This document shows positions 14,752-27,174 of a stretch of DNA of 64,000 nucleotides, one piece after another (the first letter of the stretch is position 1; every line of letters begins with the position of its first letter). The translations under genes and the position numbers were made by a program. Origin of the DNA: Piromyces finnis finn (taxonomy: Eukaryota; Fungi; Neocallimastigomycota); NCBI GenBank assembly GCA_002104945.1, contig MCFH01000060.1, positions 62,001 through 126,000 on the forward strand, in the 5' to 3' direction. Under the pieces are notes generated by a model. It saw nothing but the letters and a program-made list of their open reading frames with translations. It searched no databases and was not told where the DNA came from.

Positions 14752-15247
14752 TGATAAAGAATGAAATTTATAAATAATGAATTAATAGAATAGCTGATTT
14801 TAAGATTATATAAACTTAATATAAATTAAAATAATAGTAAATAATCAAAATAATATAAAATATAAATGTTTAATTAAATTTTAAAAATGTAAAATATAAA
14901 CAACTTTTGTTTATAAACAAACTTAAATGTAATTATTTATTATAAATAGAAATAGAAAATATTATTTTTAAAGATTGTTACTAATTAGCCAGGAAAATTA
15001 GAATATTTTAAAATTATAATAAATTAATATATTTTTTTTTATAATACATAGCGAGATGTATTATACATTTATTTTAAATAAATAAACTAATATTATAAAA
15101 CAAGATGTGTTTTTTAAAACTTTAAATTATATTTAATAATTATATAAACTTGTAGAATGAGCAAGTAAAAAATAAATCATTCAATTACACACAAATATAC
15201 CACTTTCTAAGCTTATTTAGAATTAAGGTATATTTGAACGTGTGTCA
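14752..15247 (-). mobile_element. Solo LTR J2 (duplicate of J1)
   Basis: Appears identical to 12493-12988 within the tandem duplication. Confidence 0.8.
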
Positions 15248-15302
15248 TTTTGATAAATAATTAAATTTATAAATTATGAATTTATAATAATAATAATAAT
15301 AA

Positions 15303-16302
15303 TGTGAAGATATTAACTGGATTTAAAACAAATTCAGATAATATCTATAATTAATTAAACATAATAATTAGAATTAAAGAATTTCAATGATTATTTTAAA
15401 ACACCTTTAAAAGTCACCTTTTAAATTTTGGTTCAGTGAAAGGGTTATGATTTCAAAAAATTTAATATCAATACACTATAACCCTTAGCCAAAAATAAAC
15501 AAATACGAAACTACGCATAACTCGCCAAAAACGAGTGCTACGGCTGTAAGTACTACGGCTATGAAACTAGGTTTATTAGAAAGCTTAAGGGAAAAGCTAT
15601 ATTTTGGTATAATCGCGGTCCTTCTAACTGGTCATTTAAGGAAGATATGATCATTTGAAGATTTTAATAAGTAAATTAAAATTAATATGATATCAAGTAT
15701 GGATCATAGACATTTCTTATGACTTGACGAAAATTAAAAAGATATCAATAGAAATTCTAATTATATTAATTTAATTAATGATAGTGACTGTTACTAAAAA
15801 TAGAACTAAACCATTTAGGTGTAACAGTTAACATTTATAAATTAAATAATTTTAATTATTATAAAATAGGTTAATGGATCAAGTGTTTAAATGATTAATC
15901 ATATGTTTATTTTATTTTATGTCATGACAAAACAAACAAACAAACAAACAAACAATCTTATTATATTATTAACATATTACATGTAATACTTTATTTTTAT
16001 CAATTTAATAATCTGAACAAAGAATATAAAATAGAATGAATTGAATTTGATTTTAATTCTTTGTAAAGATTATAGTTATAATCTTAATTATATAGTTATT
16101 AAATATATTATCATTTATATTATTATTAATAAATAAATAAAATTTTATAAAAAAAAAAGTTATTCTAAAGAATAAATATTAATTTTTCATTTGGAAGTTT
16201 AAAGGGTTATTTTATATTTAAATTTAATTTCTTAAAAACATATTTACTATATAATTGATAACATTCTGACCTGGCCGCATAACCAAATCCAAAAACTTAA
16301 CA
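15303..16302 (+). mobile_element. Solo LTR B3 (internally shorter variant)
   Basis: TGTGAAG...CTTAACA termini. Flanks are discordant (aataa / tctaa), so there is no TSD. Confidence 0.8.
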
Positions 16303-17035
16303 TCTAATCCTTTTATAAATTGTATATCAATTACTAGTGTTAATAATAATTAAACTATATTAGTATAAATTATTATGACGCAAATGTTACACATATATTA
16401 GAATAATTAATTACACAAGAAACGAAAAGATATAAAAATAGTGATAAAGAACAATATATAAAAGAAGAAAAAAAACTTTTCATATATAAATAATATTTGA
16501 TATTTTAGTTTTAAGTATAAGTTCTATTTTATTTTATTTTAGTTACAGTTTATTTTAGTTTAGTTTTAGGTCACTAATTACGTATTTAGTATTTATTTAT
16601 TATATTTAATTCAGTTTAAAATATTAATTATAAAAGAAAAGAATAATTATTGTTTATTTTTATTATTTCAAAAAGTTACATTTTATTATTAATAAGAATT
16701 TTATCAACATATTTTTATATTTATATTTTATATTTAAGTATTTATATTCATTAAACAATAACTTTCGATTCTACTAGTATTGAATGTTATTAATGTTATA
16801 ATTATAATCATAATAATAATAATAATAATTAAATAAAGAAACTTTAAACCAAAATCTATTTAATTATATTATTATAAAATTTATTATTTTTATTATTTGT
16901 TTTTATTATTTATTTTTATTATTATAAAATAGAAATAAATACAATATTATCTAATATATTATTCAACTCTCATTCCCTATTGCTAACGTTCACAATTATA
17001 TTTTATTTATGGTGTTTTTGAAATATATTGCATCA
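16303..17035. mobile_element. Probable truncated LTR, family S (single copy)
   Basis: Ends ATTGCATCA (a TGAT-type terminus when inverted), followed by a 3-nt spacer and L1. Left terminus not found. Confidence 0.4.
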
Positions 17036-17038
17036 TTT

Positions 17039-17847
17039 TGATAAAGAATGAAATTTATAAATATAAAATTATTATTATACCTGATTTTTAAGTTAACCCT
17101 AAAAGTAACTTAAAACAAGTTATAGTTTAATTAAGTACTTTACTAAAATTCTTAAATAAAATTAATCCTAAACACTGCATATATTTTGATTATTGAAAGA
17201 AAATAATAAACTTTAATTAATCGAGATCAAAATATATAACTTTTGTTAAATTAATTGTTAAATTAAATATTTAATAACTTCATTAGTAAATTACACTTTA
17301 AAAGTAAACAAATATAATAATTCATGTTATAAAATAATATAATTAAACACCTTTATTAAAACATTAAAAATAATTATTACTTTAATTAATTGTAAAATAA
17401 ACAACTTTTTATATTCTTTAACTTTTAATTATTTCTTTTATTGTTATTTCTAATTACTTTTATTACTTTTATTGTAAATAGTTATTAATTTTATTGTTTT
17501 AATGTAAATAGTTTAAATCTAAAAGAAAATATAAATACATGTAAATATTCTTATTTTAATCATTATTATTATTATTATTAGAAATATTATATAGTTAGAT
17601 TAATATTTTATAATTTTAATAATCACTTTTATACTTAAATAAATAAAATTTTAAATATTTAAATATTAGAAAAACAAGTGTTTCTAATAAAACAATTTAG
17701 TGTTTTAACAAAACAATTTTATTAATTTTTATAAAAACGAGTTTAAATCTTAATCAATATAACTTATATAGTTATACTCAAAGATATAATATAATAATCA
17801 CTTTTTGAAGTAAAATTCAAAATTAAGATTATTATCAAATTATATCA
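17039..17847 (-). mobile_element. Solo LTR, family L (L1, 809 bp)
   Basis: TGATAAAG...TTATATCA termini. It is the inverse of L2 (43375-46048) once I2 and Q are removed. Confidence 0.8.
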
Positions 17848-17849
17848 TT

Positions 17850-18401
17850 TGATACAATAGAAAAATATTATCTTAATTCTATAAATGAATATAGAAAGTG
17901 ATAATATTTGTATCTAAAATTTAATAAATAAAAATAAATAAGAAAATAAAAATAGAATAAATGATTTTTATACTTGTTCATTTGCAAGTATTAGTTAATG
18001 TTTAAAAATATAAAGTTTATTTAATTATAAAATTATATCATTATTTAATAACTCTAGTATTATTAAATAAAAAAAAATGTATGTTTTATATTCTAATTTT
18101 CAGGGATTATTAGTAACCCTTTTAAAAATAAGTTTTATTATAAAATAATTTTTGAATTTAATATTTAAAAATATATATCTAATTTTTCGCTCTGGATTAT
18201 AAGGAACATCTTTTAAAATAAAGTAATTCTATCACTATTTATACAAAATTATTATTTTAAAGTATAATTATAAACAAATATAAACTATTTAATTTAAAAA
18301 TAAGTAAACAATTAAATAAGCAAAAAGTTTACATTTATAATTTTTAATTTAATAATTTTATACAAGTTAATTATTTTAATTTTTAACTATCTGTGTTTTA
18401 A

Positions 18402-18444
<43 letters not shown>

Positions 18445-18476
18445 AATTCATAATTTATAAATTTAATTATTTATCA
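17850..18476 (+). mobile_element. Solo LTR A2
   Basis: TGATAC...TTTATCA termini, homologous to A1, with 2-nt spacers on both sides. Confidence 0.8.
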
Positions 18477-18478
18477 TT

Positions 18479-19281
18479 TGTAAGAATTAATAATTATTTT
18501 TTAATTATTAAATTAATTATTTATTTAAACTATTAGCATACATTCATTTAAATTACTATAAACATTTATCTATATTGATATTAATTATTCATTTACTTAA
18601 TTTAAAATTTATTTAATTACTATATTAATTATTTATTTATTTAATTTAGTAATATATTTAAAATAATAGTAAACATTTATTTATTTTTTAGTTAATAATT
18701 TTTGTATTACATTTTATAAGAAACATTATATATTTTATTTTACGTTTGTATTTTATATTTATGTATCGTATCTTGAAATAACTTATAGAAACAATTAGAA
18801 AATATAAATACATATTAGGACAATCGGATATTAAGGTTTTTCCGAATTTAATCGGTTTTACTTAATATTACGATGATTGATATATTAGTTATCAATCAAA
18901 TATCTTTTTAGGTTTTTCTTCTAGTCTTTTCCTAAAAAGATTATTTGTTAAGATTAGAAATTCTTTATTAAACTTTAAATTATCAAAAAATTATATATAT
19001 AAGAACTCTGGAATTCCACTAAAGAATCCAGAGTTATTATTTTAAGACAATTATTATAAATAACCCTTTCAAAAAACTATATTCATAAAAAATATTTAAA
19101 TTAAAGATAGTCTTAATATTTTGTGTTTTTTTTTATTATAATTCACTTATAATAAACTCTTTAAGATAAGTATTCATTTTTATTTACTATTAAGAAACTT
19201 TTCAATTTAATAATACATATTACGATTTGTATTATTATAATGTAGATAATAATTATTATTAAATATGTAATAATTATTACA
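18479..19281 (+). mobile_element. Solo LTR, family O (O1)
   Basis: TGTAAG...TTACA termini. It shares the block ttaggtttttcttctagtctttt(t)cctaaa with the inverted copies O2 and O3. Confidence 0.7.
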
Positions 19282-19334
19282 TGTAAGAAATATTTGTGGT
19301 CATAAGTTTGCCCACAAATATTTCAATTGAAACC
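19282..19334 (+). mobile_element. Terminal 53-bp fragment of family H LTR
   Basis: Reverse complement of about 55445-55497 (end of H2). Confidence 0.7.
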
Positions 19335-20555
19335 TGTCAAGAATAGAAGACAATTAAAAAATAAATTAAATATTCAAATAAACAATTTAAAAATCAAATT
19401 TATATTTCAAAAATTATAAAACACTTTTAAAAATAATTAAAAAAGATCACTTGGAAAAATTTAATATTGAAAAGGGTTAAGGATCACAAAAATTTAATTT
19501 TCAATTAATTATCCCTTGAGAAGAAAATGCACTATACGAAACTAGTGATAACTTCTGAATCTCGTGTCCTATTTTCCTTTTTTAGAGACTTCAAATCAAT
19601 TTTATTAGAAAGTACTAGTTGAGATCTATATTCTCACAAATTTTCAGCTAATTTAGACCACTAGTTCTTGAGATATAGCTATTTAAAGAATTAATTAGTT
19701 CAAATAAATATATAATAATATATATTAAAATGATTAATATTAATTTATATAATTAAAGTCATTATATTCAAGTCATCCAACTTTCTATAAATATTTCAAT
19801 TTAAAATTCTCCATTATTATTATTAAATAAGGTTAGATAATAAATATTCTTGATTACAAACCTAATCAATTATAAAAATTAATAATTTTTCAAATAATTT
19901 TGATTAATAACCTCAATCATAATCAAACCAAAAAGCCTTTGGATCAAAAATCATTAATTATAATTATTAATTAATTGATCATGAGAATATATAATTAGTA
20001 TCAGTAATTGTTATTCTCAATTTATAATATTAAATATTTACAATTTAAAATGGTTAAAACAATACTTTTATTTTAAAAGTAATTTAAAAGATTAATCTTA
20101 AGATCTATCATATGAATTCATATTATTAATATCAATATCAATTATTAATATTTTAATTTAAAATTATTTTATTTTTATCTTTATTATTAATATTAATATT
20201 AATATCAATGTAATTTTATTATATGTAAGAAAAAAGTATTTAAACAAAGAATTGAAATCAATTTTGAAATTCTTTGTAAGATTATTAATTATTAATTATT
20301 AACTATAATATAACTTAATAAATATTATCTTAATAAATAAATAATTAATAAACAAATTTCATAATTAAATTATATTAAAATTTTTATTTTAAATATAAAA
20401 ACTTATTTAATTTTAAATTAGTATTAATTAAATTCTTTAATAAGTTTTGAAGAAAAGATTTAATAATAAATAAATTTAATATTTTATTAGAAAATTAAGT
20501 TATATTATATGAAACATTCTGACCAAGTTACATATCAACCCTAGCCCACTTTACA
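19335..20555 (+). mobile_element. Solo LTR, family I (I1)
   Basis: TGTCAAG...CTTTACA termini. Inverse copy I2 carries a TSD. Flanks here are discordant (H on the left, A on the right). Confidence 0.8.
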
Positions 20556-21110
20556 AACTCTATATTTTACTATAGAAAGTGATAATATTTGTATCTAAAA
20601 AAATAAAAAAAATAAAATAAATGATTTTTATACTTGTTCATTTGCAAGTATTAGTTAATTTTTAAAAATATAAAGTTTATTTAATTATAAAATTATATCA
20701 TTATTTAATAACTCTAGTATTATTAAATAAAAAAAAATGTATGTTTTATATTCTAATTTTCAGGGATTATTAGTAACCCTTTTAAAAATAAGTTTTATTA
20801 TACAATCATTTTTTTGAATTTAATATTTAAAAGTATATATCTAATTTTACTGGATTATTAGGAACATCTTTTAAAAAGAACATTTTCTATTACTATTTAT
20901 ACAAAATTATTATTTTAAAGTATAATTATAAACAAATATAAACTATTTAATTTAAAAAGAATTAAACAATTAAATAAACAAAAAGTTTACATTTACAATT
21001 TTTAATTTAATAATTTTATACATGTTAAATATTTTAATTTTTATCTGTATTTTAATTATTGTTATTATTATTATTATTAATTTATAATTTATAAATTTAA
21101 TTATTTATCA
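20556..21110 (+). mobile_element. 5'-truncated solo LTR A3
   Basis: Begins about 27 nt into the A consensus and ends TTATTTATCA. Confidence 0.75.
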
Positions 21111-21115
21111 TTTTG

Positions 21116-21722
21116 TGGTACGACTGATTCAGAAAAATGCAAGAACATAGAAATTTCAATTTAACCTTTTAATTTACTAATAATAATTCTACTTTAAATA
21201 TTTTAGGTTTAATAAAAATTTAATATATAAATTAATAAGCTAACAATTATTGATTTAATTAATAATGCTTATAGAAATAACTAAAATAAAAATTATAAAT
21301 AAAATTAATTAAAAAGACTAAAAACCTTAATTACAACAAAGAGTATTTAATAAAAGAGAATTAATAAATATTAAAATAGGGGGGATATAAACAAAGATAA
21401 TAAGAAATAATAATAAAAAATAGGCATAAGTAATAAAACTAGATAGATAAATAATATTATTATTAGATTTAAGTAGGAATTAATAGTGATATTCAGATTA
21501 TTATCTAGTGAATTATACTTATTCATTTTTATTATAAGAGTCTAAATAATTAATAGTACATTATTGATCAATGATAAATAAAAAAGAACAAAAACAATAA
21601 TATATCAAATATAAAAATCATTTTTATTGTTGTGTTATTTCATTATAATATAATAATTGTTTTATTTATTCTAGTTGTATTGATCCATATAAAGGTACAA
21701 ATAAAATAAACAGGTTGTACCA
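21116..21722. mobile_element. Solo LTR, family N (single copy)
   Basis: Perfect TGGTAC/GTACCA terminal inverted repeat and a 4-bp TSD TTTG. Confidence 0.7.
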
Positions 21723-24700
21723 TTTGATACAATAGAGAATATTATCTTAATTCTATATTTTACTATAAAAAGTGATTGTCACGAATATTAGTGGATTCAT
21801 GATTATTTATTTAATTAGTGTTTTATTCGTTTGATTAATTAAAAATATTTTATTATAAAACATAATTAAATAATATTTTAAGAGATATTAATTAATTATA
21901 ATTATTAAGATTTTATATTTATTAAAGTTTGAATTAATATCTCTTTGTTCATTTGATTAAGAAGGAAATTAAAACTAAATTATAAAATAATCATTCCTTC
22001 TACAAATGATTGATAATATGACTTTTATAATTATTAAATTTAACACCAGTGAAAAGTCATATATAATTAATATATAATTAATTTATAGAATAGTTAATTA
22101 ATATAAATAATTAGTCATGTATTAAATTTAAAATGTATTCCTTAATATTAGAGATAGTATAAATACTCGAGAAAATCCCTATCATTAGGAATTTCGAGAG
22201 TTCATTACATTTAATATTTACTCTAATTATAATAATATTTAATAAATAAAAATTTTTCTTTAAATAATAATTTATTAATAAATAAAGTTAATTAATAAAA
22301 TGTTATTTATTTAAAATATTCATTCATTCATTTATTTATTAAATTAATAAACTTAGGGTAAATATGTATATTCCGACCTAACTGTAAAGTCGACACAGAA
22401 AGAATAGATTAGGATATCTATTCTATTACAATAACACTAAATTTAAAATAAAAATAAAAAATTGTTTTATTAAAAATATCTTTTATTATAATAGAATTTT
22501 AATAATAACAATTACATCGATAAAATGATGAAAAATATCTTCTATTTATATTTTTCCTAAATACATTTATATTATATTATAACTATTTATTTCTTATATA
22601 TTATTATTTAAAATCTACACTAAAATCTTAATTATTAATAAATATTTAAACTATAACTATTTTTAGTAAAATACAATTGGCAATTCAAATTAAGTACCAT
22701 TTAATTTGAATATGTGCCCATGTATTATTGATATATTAATCATTTATTATTTATCTATTTCTATAAAAAAACAATACTAAAACTAGGGATTTAAATTGAG
22801 AATATTAATTTACTTGTTAAACATTAAAAATAAATTAATAATTTATTTTGTTTTAAACTTTAATTATTAATAAATAAATTATGTCTCATTTTCTTTTTCT
22901 GAATATAATTTGTGTAACTTAAACAATAATACTTGTGGCTTAAGTTACATTAAAGATATCAGAGGCGTTTGATATCTTTACAATCTCTCTCTCTAAGTCG
23001 AGCTCCTGCGAGATTAATTTATAAGGAATCTTTTCTCGAAGGAATTTCAATTACAAATGGTTGGTATCTGTGCTTGATTAGATTACCAACTTTATTCTTT
23101 CTAATTTTCATGGAGGAGTCGTTCGACTTATATTTTGACTTTTTAGAGTTTCTTTCAAACTCTTGTATTAATTGTTTATCTGGAATCTGATCTTCAGAAA
23201 TCCAAGTGGATTTGTCAAATCCTTTCCATGATAACTTATAAAATGTTTCACCATTAACAGATTTCATCTTTTCAATTTTCTCTGGAATTTTTTCAATTAA
23301 ATCTGTGTTAAGGTGAATGTTCCTCTTCCTACGATTAGACCTGTCGTTAAACTTGTTTTCAAAGTATGGTTCTAACAATGAAACATGAAAGACTGGATGA
23401 CATCTCATTGTCTTTGGAAGTTTCAATTTGAAAGCGAGAGAACTAACTTTTTCAATTATCTCAAATGGGCCAAGCATTTGAGGTGCTAATTTTCTCTTTA
23501 GGTTAGTTCCAGGAGAATCTTTCAATAACCATACCTTCTTTCCCACTTCGAACTCCGGGGGAATCATTCTCTTCATATCGGGCATATTTCTTATATGTTT
23601 CTTTTGCTTTTTCTAAGTTTTCTTTTAATAATTTAAAGTTTTCATTCATATCAATTACTCTTTGTTCAGCTCTACTAGGTCTATCATTAGCTGGAATTTC
23701 TAAGCTGAACTTTGGATGAAAACCATAATTAGCAAAGAATGGGGATTGATTTATAGATTGTTGTAAAGTATTATTATATGCAAATTCAGCAAATGGGATA
23801 AGATCAACCCAGTTATTCTGCTTTTTATTTATAAAACAACGGAAATATTGTTCTAATATGCCGTTCACCCTCTCCGTTTGACCATCTGTCTGCGGATGGT
23901 TGGCAGTTGATAATGAATGATTGATATTAAGAAGGTCACAAAGTCTTGACCAAAAGTCAGAAGTAAATTGCGAGCCTCTATCAGAAATGATGGAATCAGG
24001 AAGACCATGCAAACGGAAGACATTAGCAATAAAAGCATCAGCAGCAATCGAAGCAGTAGGAAGACAACGTAAAGGAATGGCGTGAGCAAATTTAGTAAAT
24101 CTATCGACAACAACCATGAGAGTTGTCATATCTCTGGACTTAGGAAGATCAACAATAAAATCAATAGAAATATCAGACCAGGGCCTACTGGGAGTGTCCA
24201 AAGGGGATAACAATCCATAAGGCTTATGTCTGGGGACTTTGGATTTGCAACAAGTCACGCAAGATTTGATAAAAGATTTAACGTCTGAATGAAACCTTGG
24301 CCACCAAAAGTTTCTGGAGATCAGTTCAGTGGTTTTCTTAATACCGAAATGACCAGCAGCAACAGAATCATGATGAAGTTCCAAAACTCTTGTCCTAAGA
24401 GATTTAGGAACATAAATAAGATTATTATATAACAAAAATCCTTCGTTATCAATAATAACTTTATCAATATTTTTAATAGGTGCATTACATGCAGAACCAT
24501 TCATTTTAAATTGGACAATAGAATTATACAAATCGTCATTTTTAAGTTCTAATAAAATAGAATCGATTAACGGTTTGTTATCGCTATGATGAAACGAAAT
24601 AGTAAGACAAGAAACATCAGAATTAATATTATTCTCTACATGGTCACTTCTACGAGACAGGATATCAGGCTTACCGGATTTCTTTCCAGCTCTATAAATG

Positions 24701-26509
24701 AGTTTAAAATCAAATCTGGATAAGAACAAATTCCATCTAATTTGTCTCTGAGATAACATTTCAGGTTTTCTAGGAAATGTTAAATTCTTGTGATCAGTAT
24801 AAATTATGAACGGATGGCATGCACCTTCTAAATAATGACGCCATTCTTCAAGAGCAACTACAATAGCTAAAAGTTCCTTGTCATATATAGGATAGTTTCT
24901 TTGACAACTCGTCAAATTTTTAGAAAGAAATGCAATAGGATGTAATTTGCCATCAAATTCTTGAGAGAGAATAGCACCGACAGCATAATTACTAGCATCA
25001 GTTTCTACAATAAATTGTTTATTACTATCCGCATGTTTCAGAATAGGAGCTGACGTGAACAGAGATTTTAATAAAATAAAAGCGTCCTGATCTTCTTTCA
25101 CCCAGTTAAAAGCAACATTTTTTCTAGTGAGTTTGTGAAGAGGGTTTGCAATTTTAGCAAAGTCTTTAATAAAAATTCTGTAATAGTTGCATAAACCAAT
25201 AAAAGACTGAACCTCTTTAACATTCTTGGGAACCGGCCAATCGAGAATTGCTTTAACTTTATTTTCATCCATTTGCAATCCATCCTTTGAAATGACATAA
25301 TCAAGAAAAGTGGTTTTCTCAACATCAAACTCACATTTTTCTAATTTAACATAAAGATTATTTTCAAGTAGTTTCTTAAGTACCTTTTTAACATGCTCAT
25401 GATGTTCTTCGATATTATTAGAATAAATAAGAATATCATCAATATATGAGATAACAAAATCGTCTAAATAGTCACTAAGGACATCGTTAATGAAGTGTTG
25501 AAAAGTTGCAGGTGCATTCTTTAATCCAAAAGACATAACCAGATATTCAAAATGTCCATATCTAGTACGAAAAGCCGTTTTGTATTCGTCACCTTCTTTA
25601 ATACGAACAAGATTATAAGCGGATTTAAGGTCTAATTTAGTAAAAATCTTAGCATTTTTCACCCTATCCAAAAGGTCACTAATTAAAGGTAAAGGATATG
25701 AATTACGAATGGTAATATCATTCAACTTTCTATAATCGATACAAAGTCTTAGGGAGCCATCCTTCTTTTTAACAAATAAAATTGGGGCACCAGCAGGAGA
25801 CGATGATTTCCTAATAAAACCTTTATTTAAATTATCATCAATATATTTTTTAAGTTCCTCTCTTTCAACTTCAGTTAATGGATACAAAGGTCCATAAAAT
25901 AAAGTCGAATCATCTTTAAGTTTGATTTCACAATCATAAGGTGTAAAGATATAATATATATCTTTAAATTATTTAATAATTAATTAATAATTATTAAATA
26001 ATAATTTTGATATTTTTAATGAAAAATTATTTATAAAATTTATTATATAAATTTTAAGGAATAATTAAATAAATATTAATTTTAAAATATCAAAATTGGA
26101 AATGAAATTTGGATAAATATTTAAATTAATGGATAATTAAATTTAAATATTTTAAATATTCAAATTAAATCTTAAAAAGTTCTTATTTAATTAAAAATAG
26201 TTTAATAACTTTAGCGTAGTTTTAAATTAGTATTTTTTAATAGTAAATATATAATAAATAGTATTATTAATATTTAATTAATATATAGGTAATACATGGA
26301 CTGTATTCAATTTGTAGTTTACTCAAATTGAATCAAAAGTGTATTTAATTAGTTTTAGTTTAGTTTTATTATTTTATTATTTAATTAAATTAGTATTAAA
26401 TTAGTTTTGTTTATTTTATATTGAATATATGTATAATTAAATAGAATAGTATATTAAAATATAATTTGTAAAAAATATAAATACATGTAAAATTTCATAG
26501 TTAAACGAT

Positions 26510-26676
26510 GTAATTGTTATTGACTATAGTTTAGTTAATAACTAAATAAGAATAAATAAAAGAGGATATAAATAAATTTTGTTTTGTTTTTAATTTTTTA
26601 TTTTTAGTGTTTTTGTTTTATTGTAAAAAATTTTATAATCTGTTTTAAATTTTAAAATTTTTACAATAACAATTAC
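26510..26676 (+). promoter_or_regulatory. Self-priming signal of G: LTR 11-mer GTAATTGTTAT (26510-26520) complementary to PBS ATAACAATTAC (26666-26676)
   Basis: No TGG tRNA-type PBS. Perfect 11-nt complement with TATAAATA about 30 nt upstream, the Tf1-type arrangement. Confidence 0.75.
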
Positions 26677-26741
26677 CTTTTGCATAATAAAACACGTTAT
26701 AAAATTTTTCTAATAAAACATATTTTAAATTTTTTTTTCAT

Positions 26742-26980
26742 ATCTACCGCGTTTCTAGGAAAATCTACCGTGTGTATAGGGAATCTACCGCGTTTCTAGG
26801 AAAATCTACTGTGTGTATAGGGAATCTACCGCGTTTCTAGGAAAATCTACTGTGTGTATAGGGAATCTACCGCGTTTCTAGGAAAATCTACCGTGTGTAT
26901 AGGGAATCTACCGCGTTTCTAGGAAAATCTACTGTGTGTATAGGGAATCTACCGCGTTTTTAGGAAAATCTACCGCGTTT
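26742..26980 (+). repeat. 41-bp tandem repeat x5.5 (two about 20-bp subunits, core AATCTACYG) in the G leader
   Basis: Unit aatctaccgcgtttctaggaa-aatctacygtgtgtataggg, period 41. Confidence 0.95.
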
Positions 26981-27174
26981 CGGAATTTCATCGTACCTTC
27001 TGAGGGCTAGTTAACTTGGTGCTTGTTACTCAAAGGTCTTCCATATATATTGAATATATTTAATTTTGTTATAATATTTTTAAGAGCTCGTCTAACACCG
27101 TTTGACAGGATAGAGTTACGACGACATCTTAACTAAAATATTATAAAAAATTAAATATTTATAACATAATCATA

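Larger units (their letters stand above)
10786..16302. repeat. Tandem duplication, unit about 2258 bp (B LTR + D remnant + J LTR + A fragment) x2, closed by a third B LTR
   Basis: B starts at 10786, 13044 and 15303. The segments 11920-13043 and 14179-15302 are essentially identical. Confidence 0.95.

Noticed and set aside
26742-26980. CRISPR-like appearance of the 41-bp array
   Set aside because: No unique spacers, no cas genes, eukaryotic retrotransposon leader context.
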